A stretch of DNA of 64,000 nt from Basidiobolus meristosporus CBS 931.73 (Eukaryota > Fungi > Basidiobolomycota), in contig MCFE01000046.1 in NCBI GenBank assembly GCA_002104905.1, positions 1-64,000 of the forward strand, written 5' to 3'. A model generated the notes under the pieces. That model was not told the origin of the DNA and ran no database searches. It saw only the letters and a program-made list of their open reading frames with translations. Each line of letters begins with the position of its first letter. The first letter of the stretch is position 1. Positions 10,252-22,721 of the stretch are shown here, piece by piece. A program made the translations under genes and the position numbers.

Positions 10252-10930
10252 TTTTGACAACCTTTTATGATTTCCACTCTACAATAAAGTGGCACACTCA
10301 GTACAATCCCTCAATTTGCCGCTACAATCAACTTCCAAATTGGTCATGTGTGCTGTGGCATTTAATATCTTTATTCAAATTGGCTTTGTGGTTTCCTCTT
10401 TTACTAGCCACTATATTCCACCTCTTAACACTTTCCCAGTAAAATGGGTTTGCTGGCTAGCGTATTAGCACATTGTCTTCAGCTCCGCCCCAGTCTAGGG
10501 TTCCGGAAAACATATACTTTTAGGCTGGACACGGGTGGAAATTTTCGGCTACGATTTTCTAAAATTTATGCATAACCGGCTTCCACCTCTGGCGCTTAGG
10601 TATTACCTAAATCATATCCACACCACGGAGTCGAACCTGTTCTTTTTGCGCTGCATCTAATCAACAAGGCCAACATCACTGGAAACCCTAAGCTAGATTA
10701 ATTTGCCCACCCTACATCAAGAATGAATTGAAGTGAACCGTAAGAAGGCCTGAAGCACTCCATGATTGTATAAAGATATACGTTGCCATACAAGATGCTT
10801 TGGTTGGTGATGGTGCTACTTGTCAAGTGCGCTGCGCTCTAAAATCTATCATACAGGGTTGTATTTATACACATACAGTAGTGATAGCTAGAAAGGGGAA
10901 GGGAGGTGAATCCTATGAAAAACTGTTTAT

Positions 10931-12939
10931 TTATACAATTCGAATGGTCCTTGGTCGACCGGGGGTCTCTTCGTATACGAGAGACCTGCCCACATCGTAC
11001 ACAATCCCATCGTTCCTTACAAAGAGTAACGGCAGGGTGATGGCGACCTTCGACTTTTTCTCGGTCGAGGTGACGGCGGAGAACACTTCGTCTAACCGCG
11101 GGAGGTGCGCCACGAACACTGTCTCATGACCTTTCATGACCACCGAGCCCACCGATGGCCAGATGATACGGACATCCAATGGGCCATGATTTCCAAGCCA
11201 GACCTCCAGTGGCTGGTCGTGAGCGTGGAAGTGCCGAACGGTGAGCTCGAGAGTATTGGTGTGAGGCTTGTAGATAGGGGCGCTGCTGAGCGAGGGGAAC
11301 GGAGTGATTGGCCGGGTGGCTGGGCCTAGAGTCTCGAAATAGGTGTACTCGAATTTACCTGGAAACAGAGTCAGTCGAACCGGCGCATGAATCAACAACT
11401 ACAAATGGAGTACTTACAAATGCCAACAATGGTCCAACACAAGAAATCCTCTATTTCTTCGCAAACTGCTCCATCTATGTTGGAACTCCTGGTGCCTGGT
11501 TGCTGTGCGACAAGCTTCGCTCGTTTATAAATCAGGAAGGGGTTCTCGTTCGATTCTTGCACGTCACTGGGCCCGGATGCTGACAGGTACATCAGTACGC
11601 CGGATCCAGTATCATCGGGCTTCTGCAAGGCAACCTTTTGCATTTGACTGACTGGCCCTGAGGCATCCGTCTCGATCCTTCCTTTGTCCACTTTGCGGAC
11701 AAACAATGGGTCCGACATGAAGCCAGACTTTGAGTCAGTCAAGACGATCTGAGAACCGTAAGTTATCGGGGTGTTTGCGGATGAGGCGGCAGCCAACCCA
11801 TTGGTGAGTATGGCCCCGTCTTTTCGACGAAACTTTGGGTTCAGCTGAGTGATCGTAAACGCAGTCCAGTCCCAACTCTTGCCGCAGAGCATTCCTGAAG
11901 AAACCCCCATACACTTTGTGCGTGCGGTTTGTGAATTGATCCGGTTGAACAAAGAAACCGTGGAACCGGAGAGGATGCAAGCTGTACCGTGGATCACATG
12001 ATTAGCGCATTGTCTCGACTACACGGTTTACTTAATCCTTACATGAAACGTTCCGCGTTTTCGAGGTTTTCTTGGATGGCTTTGAGATGATTGAGATGGG
12101 CACGGAATCAAACGTGGCGAAGGGTATATTGTTCTTGTTCAGTATCTAGAATTGGAAAAATCATAAGAAGCCGGGTTTTCCGTGGCCAGGGAGAAATGGC
12201 TTACCTTTAGCTTGAGAGTAAACTGTTTAGCTTTTGCAGTCCCGCTGACATGAAGAAACTTGAAGCAGCCAACGTTGTTCTCATCGAAGTTCGATTTTTG
12301 CTCCAAAGGCTCTGACCCTGTCTCACACATAACCGACATACATATCGGAGCTCTATCTTTAGAGATGCTGCTCTCTGCCCCTGTAATGGTAATTACCGGA
12401 GGCGGACATAAAAACCGCTTCTCGCTTCCGTAGGACTTTTGAGCCACCGAAGCGTGGAAGCAAGTGATGGTGGTCATATTTTGTACAATGTTTTGCTTCG
12501 ACTTCAAACTGGCATCCTCTTGTGAAACGAGACCACAGGCAATCTTCTCCGAAATCACTTCTTTGATCTTCTCACAGCGCGTCTGAGACTGATCCACGAA
12601 ATTATCGAAGGTAGGGGAGAGCCTCCGCTTCTGGCTGGAAGCAGTGTTGTGGAGAGTTTCTAAAGAAGAAGCAGAGGCAGCTTCGAGTTTGGGGGGCCTT
12701 AAATGGGCTTCATCTGCTATATGAGAGGAGTTGGAGGTGGGTGAGAGTAAAGAAGCTATGGAAATCACCCCTTTCGATGAACTGGAGTTGACTTGATCTA
12801 GTGGTTTGGAATCCAGAAGATTCGATATAGCCATAGTTGAGGAGCTGGGTTGTGTAGTATAGATATGTGGGGTGAGGGAAGCAGGGTTCCATTTTGGTTG
12901 ACTGAGAGAAGAAACTCCGGTAAGAGTCTTGCGAGTCAT
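10931..12939 (-). CDS. CSL: Fungal CSL (CBF1/Su(H)/LAG-1) transcription factor; exons ~12939-12205, 12145-12043, 11981-11418, 11358-10931 (5' start uncertain)
   Basis: Hallmark HASVAQKSYGSEKRFLCPPP; spliced ISIISKPSKKT and LFNRINSQTARTK; DFLCWTIVGI. GT-AG introns keep frame; low-complexity Ser-rich N-terminus. Confidence 0.92.
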
Positions 12940-13974
12940 CTCTCTTTCGCCAGCGTAGGGATGGTGAATTGAAGGCAGCTGAGCTTCCCCAGAAGCAGGC
13001 GCCAATAACTCTCTCAGACTGAGTCGGGGCGGTATTTTGTGGGAGAATGCAAGTGCGCATTGCTGGTCTACTGAACGTGTGTCGTATGCATCGGTTGGAT
13101 GAGAAGATTTCTGTCTCTTAAGTTGGAAGGATCAGGGGAATATTGTGAATGATCCATGACTACTTCCGGAAGAACGATATGTGCTACAGAAGATTAAGAA
13201 AGTGGAGGAAGGATTTCTACCAAAAATGTTTAGAACAAAAATCACCAGTTGAAACGAGCAGTAAATGGAAGAAATGGATTAGCATGAACACTCAGCGTGG
13301 TAAGAAAAGAATAAGACAGAATACAACGGACTTCTCGGTTGGGAGAAAGGGCAAACTAAGAGATCTAGGCGAAGTTATATTTGGTCAATGTGTTGGTGAC
13401 TTGGAGCTCAAGGTTAGGTGAAGTAAACTTCATAGCTCCATCAATATTTTCCAGCCAGAACAAGAGCAAAAAATCCACTAGTTTTTATCATCTAGCACCT
13501 ACAATGGTACATATGTCACCAACTACCCTCGATCTCGCCGGCCAATCACTTCCATATTCAGCATGCTCATCCAATAAAGCCAGGCTCGTAGTAGATGGAT
13601 ATTTGGGGAGCCTAGCACTAGTGAAACAACAGTGCATGCTCATTGATTTGTCAAGTGTTGGTATTCCCTAGCGTGGGAGAGTTACCTGTGAATAACAGGG
13701 CCGGATGTGGGTACCGATACAGATGCGCAAGAGGAAGTGAGAGCCACAGTGGAAGTGTTCATACTCGGAGTATTTATACAATCAGACATGGTAATGAGCA
13801 TTTATTCAATTAGGAGTGGTGTATGTGGACAGGTTGTATGATTACAAGTGATGGATGCGATATTGGAATTGAAGATCAAGAAATTAAGTGGTGAATAGAG
13901 CGAATGCTTGGATTTACTATGTGTAGTTGGCCTAGAACAACATCACCATCAATGTACAGCATTCGTTTCATCGA

Positions 13975-16900
13975 TTACAGACGCACCTCCGCTGGTGCCT
14001 GGGCTTTGGCTTGGCTCTCATCCAGATAGCGGAAAAAGGTGGATTCGTTCATATCGGCGGGGATAGAGTTGTCGGTGGCATTTCCTCCTCCAACAACGGT
14101 GGCAACTAAACTGGGGAATACCGCAGCAGCAGACACCTGGTCACCAACAGCGTGGCTTGGCTTGGCTCCGGTCAGCTCATCGCGGACATGCTTGGATGGA
14201 GAATCCCAGCCAGGTTCAGGGCTTTCGAGGTCTCGCTCCGAGGAGAAGCCAAAGAGAGAATCGGGGATCAGGCGAATCAGCACCCCCATGGGAATGGAGA
14301 GCATACCAATTACAACGGAGATGACCCAGTAGAGCCAGCCGATGCGGTAGGTGCTGAATGCGGAGCCGCCAAAGTTCACGATCAGTGTTTGGCCGAGGAC
14401 CATCAAGAAGAAGATGAAAATGAAGTAGTTATTTTTGTGGATGTTGTGGAAGATGTTCAACTTGTTATCCAGTCGTCGGCAATTGACCTCGTTGAAAATC
14501 TGCATGAATACGAAGGTATTGAAGATGAGAGTGTTGAGCTCCCTCTTTTGAGTGATGTCCTTGGTGCTGATGCCAAAGATGGACGGTCCGGCGTAGAGCA
14601 ATATGAACGACACAGCCACTTGGAAGATTGCTTGACCAATGATCATTTTCCACATGGTGAAGGTGATCAATGAGGCGGTGCGTGGGGTGGGTGCTCTGTC
14701 CAAAAGCTCGGGAGAGGGAGGGTCAGTGGCAAGGGCCAGGGCGGCGAGTGTATCCATAATCAGATTCACCCAGAGAAGCTGCACCGCAGTAAGCACCGAG
14801 GCTTGGTTCTCGTCAGAGACTGCACTTACAAACGCCAGCACAACGGCAGTAACATTCACAGTAAGTTGGAACTGCAGGAATTTCTTGACTGCGTCGTTCA
14901 CACTTCTTCCCCAGCTCACAGCCTTGACAATGGACGAGAAGTTGTCATCCATCAGAATGATCGATGATGCCTCCTTTGCAACCTCCGTTCCGGCAATACC
15001 CATACTAAAACCAATATCTGCCAGCTTCAGAGCAGGGCCATCGTTGGTTCCATCTCCCGTGACCGCAACAACATCGCCTAACTCTTGAAGCTTGCCAACA
15101 AGGATTTTCTTGTCTTCGGGGCTACTGCGCGCAAGGACTTGAAGACGAGGCAGAATGGCCATCATTTGCTGATGGGAGAGTTTTCTGAAGCGAGGCCCCT
15201 CCATTACAAGCCCGTTCTGGTTGTAAATTCCACACTTGGTTGCGATCGATTTTGCGGTTAGAACATTATCTCCAGTGACCATGCGAACAGTGATCCCGGC
15301 CTTCTGGCAGGCTTCCACCGCCTCGGGCACACCAGGTCTTAGTGGATCCTCGATTCCGATCACTCCGATCCATGTCATGTCTTGTTCGAGGGCGCTATCA
15401 TCGACGCCGTCAATGACAGAGTCGAAGTCCTTATAGGCGAGGCCGATGGTTCTCAGCGAGTTGGAGGCATACAGCATGATCGTGTCAGTAATTCCTGCCT
15501 GCAAATCCTTGGTTAGGGCCTGGATTGTGAGGCGGTCTTGGGATTCTTGGAGGTCGATCAGAGAAGCACACCGGTCGAGGATGATTTCGGAAGCGCCCTT
15601 AACGTAGAGGCGATAGAACTCTCGGTCGTCTGCATTGATGCGGACCAATGTAGCCATACTCTTCTTGGCGCTGCTGAAAGGCCACTGCTGAACGACAGCA
15701 TAGCGATCGCGGATCTGCTGGTAGCTCACACCATTCATGTTGTGAATCCAGTCGAGCATGGCGGTTTCGGTCTTGGATCCCACGAATGAACGCTTTCCTT
15801 CTGAGTCGATTCCCTCAAAAGCACTAGAATTGATGGCTGCTGATTCATGGATGAGGTTGGTGACTGGGCCCGAGATCTTAGCAGCGATCTCGTTTAGCTC
15901 AAGCCATTGTTCAATAGGAAGGCGGGGCTGATATTCGGTGGAGATGCTTCCATTCTGGACAAAGGACAAGGTGGAACTGATCACTCCTGCAACCACTGTC
16001 ATCCTGTTTTGGGTCAGAGTACCGGTCTTGTCCGAGCAGATGGTAGTAGCGCTGCCCATCGTCTCACAAGCCGACAATACACGCACCAAATTGTTGTCTT
16101 TCAGCATCTTCGTGGTGGCAAAAGCAAGGGCAAGCGTGACGGCGAGTGGCAGCCCTTCAGGGACTGCAACCACTACAATGGTGATTGTTGTAATGAAAAT
16201 CCCAACCAACCTATTAACAATCGTGGTGGCAGCTGGAACTCCGTCCTTGAATGGAATAAGATATCGAAGCAAGAGCACAATGAGCATAAGCAAGGCGGCA
16301 GCACCACCAAGCTTCGCAATCAACTCCGCCAGATTATTAAGCTTCAGCTGCAGTGGGGTCTCAGCGGACTCCGAACGAAGGCTCATCATGGTGCGGCCGT
16401 TAAAGCTATTCACTCCAACCGCCACGACCACACAAGTTCCGACTCCTTCCAGCACCTTTGAGCCACTGATGAGGAATGGGTCAGGCAGGTGTTTTGAGGT
16501 AGATACTTCGATTTCTTTAACGCAGTCGTCGATGGAAAGCTTTCGCAGGGCGTCCGATTCACCGGTCACTGCACTCTCGTCACACTTGAGGTTGTATCCA
16601 GAAATAAAGATAGCGTCGCCGGCAACAACATCTCCAGGCTCCACATGAAGAATATCGCCCACCAGGAGATCATGGATGGAAATGAGTCGAGTGGATCCAT
16701 TTCTGGTGACTTTAACCTCGCGGTCCTCCTTCTTCCTGTTGAGGTTTCTGAACTGCTTCTCCTTCTGGAGATCGTTGATGCTTCCGACAAGAACGACAAT
16801 AAGGATAGCAACAATGATGGCAAAGCCCTCTACCCAATGGACGTCTGCCTCTTCGTGGTCGGTGATATCCTCGTATATTCCAAGAGCAAGAGATACAAGG

Positions 16901-17289
16901 GCAGCAATAGTCAGGAGGATCAACATTTTGTCCTGAAACGCCATCCACATCAACTGGAAGATGTTTTTGGCCTTGGTCTCGGGTAGGGTGTTGGTACCGA
17001 AGACCTGGCGGCGTTGGTCGAGGTTGGCCGCACTGGCAGCGAGCTCTGGCTTGGACACAGAGATACTGCTGTGGCTTTTCTCGAGGAGCGTATCCTCGAC
17101 CGTAAGCCCCTGTTCTGCGCTGGTCTGGAGGCCGCTGAGAATGCCAGCGATACCGTTGTGTTGCTGTAGGCTTTTCAAATCTTTGTTATCCACCCATTCC
17201 ATAATTTGTGGGGGGTAGAACGAAAAGGAGGACTCTGTGTAGTCCCCCATTTCCAGCTCTATACCCTCTTTATCGCTAAGCTCCACCAT
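13975..17289 (-). CDS. PMC1: P-type IIB (PMCA/Pmc1-like) Ca2+-transporting ATPase, 1104 aa, intronless
   Basis: DESAVTGES, VPEGLPLAV, DKTGTLT phosphorylation motif, KGASE, MVTGDN, TGDGTNDGPAL, QLLWVNLIMD. Confidence 0.95.
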   Translation of the reverse strand: MVELSDKEGIELEMGDYTESSFSFYPPQIMEWVDNKDLKSLQQHNGIAGILSGLQTSAEQGLTVEDTLLEKSHSSISVSKPELAASAANLDQRRQVFGTNTLPETKAKNIFQLMWMAFQDKMLILLTIAALVSLALGIYEDITDHEEADVHWVEGFAIIVAILIVVLVGSINDLQKEKQFRNLNRKKEDREVKVTRNGSTRLISIHDLLVGDILHVEPGDVVAGDAIFISGYNLKCDESAVTGESDALRKLSIDDCVKEIEVSTSKHLPDPFLISGSKVLEGVGTCVVVAVGVNSFNGRTMMSLRSESAETPLQLKLNNLAELIAKLGGAAALLMLIVLLLRYLIPFKDGVPAATTIVNRLVGIFITTITIVVVAVPEGLPLAVTLALAFATTKMLKDNNLVRVLSACETMGSATTICSDKTGTLTQNRMTVVAGVISSTLSFVQNGSISTEYQPRLPIEQWLELNEIAAKISGPVTNLIHESAAINSSAFEGIDSEGKRSFVGSKTETAMLDWIHNMNGVSYQQIRDRYAVVQQWPFSSAKKSMATLVRINADDREFYRLYVKGASEIILDRCASLIDLQESQDRLTIQALTKDLQAGITDTIMLYASNSLRTIGLAYKDFDSVIDGVDDSALEQDMTWIGVIGIEDPLRPGVPEAVEACQKAGITVRMVTGDNVLTAKSIATKCGIYNQNGLVMEGPRFRKLSHQQMMAILPRLQVLARSSPEDKKILVGKLQELGDVVAVTGDGTNDGPALKLADIGFSMGIAGTEVAKEASSIILMDDNFSSIVKAVSWGRSVNDAVKKFLQFQLTVNVTAVVLAFVSAVSDENQASVLTAVQLLWVNLIMDTLAALALATDPPSPELLDRAPTPRTASLITFTMWKMIIGQAIFQVAVSFILLYAGPSIFGISTKDITQKRELNTLIFNTFVFMQIFNEVNCRRLDNKLNIFHNIHKNNYFIFIFFLMVLGQTLIVNFGGSAFSTYRIGWLYWVISVVIGMLSIPMGVLIRLIPDSLFGFSSERDLESPEPGWDSPSKHVRDELTGAKPSHAVGDQVSAAAVFPSLVATVVGGGNATDNSIPADMNESTFFRYLDESQAKAQAPAEVRL

Positions 17290-18946
17290 TAGTGGGAGTA
17301 GTAGGTATAATTAAGCGAGAGAACAAAGGCAGGGGAGAGGGGAGAGATGAGAGATTAAGGAAATTACTAAAATCTGAGAAGAGAGAATGTAAACTGACTT
17401 GTAGGATTATTTGGACGGGTGGCCCAATATAAAGAAAATCCAAGCCTCACGTGTCAGGATTTCGCCAAGGTTAGTCCACTCACCCTCAAGGTGATCCATC
17501 CAACTACGGCAAATAATAAGCTTAAGGGGGATCCACTTATAGGACTCACTATCACTCAGCTTGTTGAATGGACTTCGATCTAAATTATTAGCACAACCGG
17601 TGAATGCAGATTCCCAGTTCATCACTTGTGAATAAGGTTTGACAAGATACGTCGCCGCCCATTAGCGATGCCTCAATATGGAAATGATCGATAATTGACC
17701 ATCAAAAGCGCGATAATAATAATTTCAGGAGTGCCAGGCAGATAAGGCATCAATGACCAGAGTGAATATGCAGCCCAATTCTACCATGGTAAATAAGCGT
17801 ATTCTGATTCAATTCAGCTAGTAAATAAACCGATCCAAGGTGCAATTAATCAATGGATGGCCTTGGTTGTTGCTCACCTGGCGACGTGTTAAACCAATTC
17901 CTTGGAACATTCGAAATGTCTGATTCCCGCACACACGTCAGATTCAGCCAATCCATGGAGGCAGCAGGGGCTTGGATGGTGTTGTCGCTGCCAAGGTAAA
18001 TAGAGTTCTCTTGGGTAACTATCCGTTCTTGTGGGGGATTGATTCAGTGTAACGAACACGCGAACTATAGAATGTCTCTAGGTGTTAGACACACCAAGAA
18101 TACTTCTTCCGTCGATCATTCCATGCTCAGGGTAAAGAGTGCTGCTCCCTCCCCCTCTCACCCTGCTAGCCATTGATGCCTTCACCCACGCCAGATCTCT
18201 TGACAATTAAAGCTATCGAGAACCCCCAGGCCCCCCAAATGAAATTCGCTAATTATGGAATCATCGAACTTCCATTTGTGTCAGCGGTGCCAATAATGTA
18301 GTATAAATAACCAATCTAATCCGAAACGGCTCGGGTACATACCAAAGGAATAAGCGTTTCTGTGTCACGCAATCGCCATATTGAGGAAAGTGATTTATTA
18401 CCTGATGAGCACGATGAAACGGTGCTACCGCCAAGGTTTGTGTAAAACAGATCAGTATGTAGTGTGATGAATGGGTACGCGATTGACGAGGTGGAAAGTT
18501 CCGACTGTAGATAAAGCAGCCTTAACCTGTTTGGTGCTCTCGATGAATTTCCATTGGTTATTTAGGCTTAGCGCAGTTCTTCGGCCTTTCTGATTCTCCA
18601 TGGAGCAATCCGATATTCTCCTACATATACATCAGCACAATCTGCATAACTTAGGTGGGAATTTAATCACCTTTTCTGGTCAAATATTTAGCCGGGGATG
18701 GCCGCTTTTCATTTTCCATATCAGCGCCAGATTTGAAATTTATGCCTAGTTGTTGATTAGTTTGAAATCGGATAAGGTAAATAGAAGTCTTAGATGGAAT
18801 GGGCTGGATCCCTTTTCTTCCTTCATTCATTCCCACTCCTACTGGAAGAAAACTTTTCTGGCCCGGTACTCTAGGCTTACTGTGGGGAGAACTTAAAGCG
18901 GACGGCGACCGGGATTGTTTACTGTTTATCTTAGCCATTTCGAAAC

Positions 18947-19340
18947 ATGACCAAGCTTATTACCGCCGCTGAAGTGAGTCTCCACAACAAGGAAGATGAC
19001 TGCTGGTGCATCATCAACGGAAAAGTCTACGACTGCACCAAGTTCTTGGATGATGTAAGTTTTGTCCTCCCCAGGCGCTGGACTCACGTAACCTTAATAA
19101 CGACCCTTCCCTCTTTTCTAGCATCCAGGTGGTGGTGAGGTAATTGTCGAGTGCGCTGGCACTGATGCCACCGAGCCTTTCGATGAAATTGGTCATTCCG
19201 AGGAAGCCGTTAAGATGTTGGAAGATATGTACATTGGCGACTTGGAGAGAGACTTGGCCGCCGAAGCCGAGGCCGCCAAGAAGGCTCAGCAGCCAGGCTT
19301 GCTTCAATCCATCTGGGGTTCCATCTTCGGATCCTCCTAA
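18947..19340 (+). CDS. CYB5: Cytochrome b5-like heme protein, 108 aa; exons 18947-19054, 19122-19340
   Basis: DCWCIINGKVYD, HPGG across the intron, GTDAT..F..IGHS (both axial His), YIGDL. Confidence 0.9.
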
Positions 19341-19590
19341 TTTCCTCTTCATTCATAGAACTATACCTTACCCATGTACTTGACATGTTTGATATGGAAT
19401 CCACTCATCTAGACAGTATATTACTAATGCCTAAACATCGATATTTGCCAATATAAACTCTCGTATCAACTATCTCCACATTTTTATTCATCCGGCCCCG
19501 CATTGAATGGTATATTGGGTACGACATTGGTGTCCCCACACGTGATGCGTAGTCTAGACATACCCCAGCTACTTTGCAGATATGCCCAAT

Positions 19591-21311
19591 TCAACCTGCC
19601 TGCCGACGGAGCAACGCGCGCTCCCGCATCTGCTGCAGTATCTCGATCTGTCTGGCGAGCCTGACTTCTAGCTGACGAGAACGAACTCCCTCTTCTGTCA
19701 GTCTGGCCTTGATCTCGTCCATGATGCTGGTTCTTCGTGCACCGGCTCCCTGGTCAGAGGTGTTTGGGTCTTGCCATTCGGGAGCCATGCTCAGGCTAAA
19801 TGTATCAACCTTGATGTGTGTTGGCGAGGGCCCATCCTCGTGGAGATCGGGGATATCCGGCGGTTGGGGATCCTCAAAATTCAATCCATGTCTAGTAGAG
19901 ATGTGGAATTAATTGGTGGTATATGGGCTAAAAGGGGACCACCCAACAAATACCTCAAGAGTGATCTTTCCAAGATCCTGGCGAGATCCCCGTCGACGAC
20001 GGTGTTCCGTTCCCTCAAGAGCACCTCGTAGTGTCCGTTCCCGGCCAGATACTCGATGAGTCGTGTGTAGTCTCGCTTTGCCATGTACTTCACCAGATCG
20101 TTGGTGCTGTGGTGTGCAGCACGAATGGTGTCGAGTCCCCTTTGAAGCGTCTCTGCAGTCATGCTGGCAGGCTGAGTAAACACAAAGGTGTTGCTATCTT
20201 CTGTCCATGATGCCTGAGTTTGAAACCTCGAGGACTCCTCGTCTAGAGGCTGCTCAGTTATTGGACTTGAAGGTAGCGACTGGCTCACATATGTATCTGT
20301 GTTGTGTGCGTCCTCGTTAGTAGGCGACTCGGGGTTGCTAGAAGCTGGGTGGGGAGTTTGGTTGGATGAGTACACGTGCCATGGACTATCAAATAGTTCG
20401 GAATTCTTAGTAGTGGTTGTATTGGTGTGTTCTGTAGAGGGTGCGTCCTGTATGATGGTGTGGGTTGATTCTGGAGTGGATAGATCAGTAACAGTTGACT
20501 GCGTGTTTTTTTCGGAATGCAATAGAGTAGCCTCGATGCTGGACTTCGATTCCCCCTTCACTGAGTGCTGAATTGGGGTGAGCTGAACCGGTGTCTGTGG
20601 GTGTGTAAGGGCGGTGGCGGGTTTAGACCCCATTTCACCATGGTCCTCTGTCTCCACCACCACATCACCGTGGTCGTCCTGATTTGAAAGTCGTTGTGTT
20701 AAGTCGATGACCGAGGGTTCGGAAATCGCCTGGTAACGCTGTTTCTGACGCGAGATCATGTTGGACAATAACTTATTTACATTGGATATCCTAGCTTCGA
20801 CCGAGGATCTCCCGTGAGCGTTACCAGCGATCGCGGTTGGGACATACGCCTGCGCACGCTGCTTTCCTTCAGATTTGCGAGAGAGCTGTGATGGTTTAGA
20901 GGGGGGAGGGACGATCTTGACAGAGCCTTTCGGTCGGTTATGAACGGGGTCATGTGGCTTGGAATGTGTTGGGGAGGGCGAAGGAAGTCTGGCTGCCGCT
21001 TGGTTTTTGTTTTGATAGAGGGAAGGGTTGACCCGTTTTTTTAGGGTTGAGCCAGTGGAATGGAAGTTGGTTGCAGTTGTCGGAGTCAATGTCGTGGGGG
21101 TTCGGTTGGATGGAAGGGGGGTCTCGAGGTTTTGAATATCGTACAGCGCGTGGGGATGAGCGGTAAGGGAGGACTCTGGTGGAATGGGCGTTTGGATTGC
21201 CCGGTGGACAGCTCTGCTGGGGGTTGCTCTAAGATAGCGCCAACTACTCTCCAACTGGGAAAGATCTTCTTGAACCATGGCGGTCTTGCGGGTGATGGAG
21301 CGAGGCTTCAT
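19591..21311 (-). CDS. Hypothetical ~552-aa S/T/P-rich protein with C-terminal helical/coiled-coil region; exons 21311-19954, 19891-19591
   Basis: Long ORF with ATG; a GT(ATTT)...TAG intron joins ORFs 19881-21311 and 19591-19884 in frame. No family recognised. Confidence 0.75.
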
Positions 21312-21458
21312 GAGAATCGGTCAGCTCCCGTCGTTCACGCACACAACAGTCATGTAAACAAGCAAGAAAATAGTGGTGGATCAAGGAATCGGATCTTCTC
21401 AGTGGAAATTTATTCAAATAGATTGCTATACATAGGAATACGATCAGGGAGAATCGAA

Positions 21459-22721
21459 TCAGGCATCCACCTTGGATTGAATCTGTTTGGGAAGATAGTC
21501 GATCTTGCGGTTGGGATCCATGAATTGCTTGACGGTCTCGTCGGTGACCGCCTTGCGACGCTCCTGGAACTCGGCGACGAACTGTTGAAGCACTTGGATA
21601 CATCTGGCCTTCATTGCGCCGGTGGTCAAGGTTCCATCCTTGTAGGACTTGTGCAACTGGGCAAGCTCCTCATCATCATCGAGGAAGAAGGAGAGGTATT
21701 GGTAGGCAACATCCACATCTGGGTTGCCACCGAATTGTTGATGCAGCTCCAGAGTATCTCCACCGCCGGAATAGGCGTAGCGGTTGATCTTGTTCTTGAT
21801 CTTGTTGGGAGTATCGTTCATGAAGATGGCCGAGGAATCCACCGAGGCGCTCATCTTGGTCTGGGAGCCTTGAAGGGCTGGGAAGAACTTGGCATGAATC
21901 AAGGAGGGCTTGGGATACTTCAACTTGTGAGCGACATCTCTGGTCAACCGGAAGTAAGGGTCCTGATCGATGGCGCAGGGGATCAAACAAGGGATATCGT
22001 GCTTGCTACCGAAGATCTGGGGGAAACTGTTGGAGAAGGATGGGGCGGCCTGGATCGACACGAAGTGGAGTTTCCCGATGCAGTCGCTATCGGTAAAGCC
22101 GAAGGCTGCCTTGGAGGTGCTGGCGGTGATGGAGCGGGAGATCTTCACTACGTTCATGTAGAACGCACCTCCGACATATTCGAAGTTCGAGAAGATGAAG
22201 GTCTTCTCCAGGTTGAAGCCACACGCGATGATGTCCTTAGCATTGGTGTAGGCGAACTCACGGCACTGCTCAGCCTTGAGATTGGCCTTGAAAAGGAACT
22301 TCTCGTCGTCGGTAAGTTGGATCACCAGTGGGACATCAAACACCTCCTGAAGCCATTGGCAGAATACGAAGGGGACCATGTGGCCGAGATGCATATTGTC
22401 GCTACTGGGGCCACGTCCGGTGTAAAGGAAGAATGGCTTTCCTTTCTCGTATCTGTCAAGGATCTGGGTCAGCTCTCTGTGGGAGAAGAAGATGCCGCGA
22501 CGAAGGAAGATGTGGGGCTTTCTCCCGGTCAGCTTCTCGAAACGGCTCAACAAGGCCTCGTCAATGGGGCGGGTACCGAATTGCTCGATAAGTTTGCCGT
22601 AATCGATGGCCTGGGCTTTTCCATCGACCACCGCACCCTCCACCTCCCAAGGGGTGATGTTCTGCTCTTGGGTGGCGGGCTTCTCTGCGATATCCTTGGG
22701 TCCGGCTTCCGTGGCACTCAT
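21459..22721 (-). CDS. WRS1: Cytoplasmic tryptophanyl-tRNA synthetase, 420 aa
   Basis: [12 protein letters not shown] (HIGH-type), [13 protein letters not shown]; first ATG at 22721. Confidence 0.96.
   Translation of the reverse strand: MSATEAGPKDIAEKPATQEQNITPWEVEGAVVDGKAQAIDYGKLIEQFGTRPIDEALLSRFEKLTGRKPHIFLRRGIFFSHRELTQILDRYEKGKPFFLYTGRGPSSDNMHLGHMVPFVFCQWLQEVFDVPLVIQLTDDEKFLFKANLKAEQCREFAYTNAKDIIACGFNLEKTFIFSNFEYVGGAFYMNVVKISRSITASTSKAAFGFTDSDCIGKLHFVSIQAAPSFSNSFPQIFGSKHDIPCLIPCAIDQDPYFRLTRDVAHKLKYPKPSLIHAKFFPALQGSQTKMSASVDSSAIFMNDTPNKIKNKINRYAYSGGGDTLELHQQFGGNPDVDVAYQYLSFFLDDDEELAQLHKSYKDGTLTTGAMKARCIQVLQQFVAEFQERRKAVTDETVKQFMDPNRKIDYLPKQIQSKVDA

Larger units (their letters stand above)
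8995..10861. repeat. Direct repeat copy 2 of the Ile-Asp-Arg-Gly tRNA block
   Basis: Matches 4640-6534 at +4327; contains the empty Gypsy target site ctctcgaaa|GCTCGC. Confidence 0.92.

Noticed and set aside
5334-10442. Short ORFs overlapping tRNA genes (e.g. 5334-5540, 5384-5620, 7130-7330, 9661-9947)
   Set aside because: Chance frames across tRNA genes and AT-rich spacers, duplicated only because the block is duplicated.
14039-17218. Many plus-strand ORFs over the Ca-ATPase
   Set aside because: Antisense shadows of a long codon-biased gene.
8741-22721. tRNA-Trp lying ~13 kb from tryptophanyl-tRNA synthetase
   Set aside because: With 12 isotypes in the cluster a match is likely by chance; several unrelated genes intervene.
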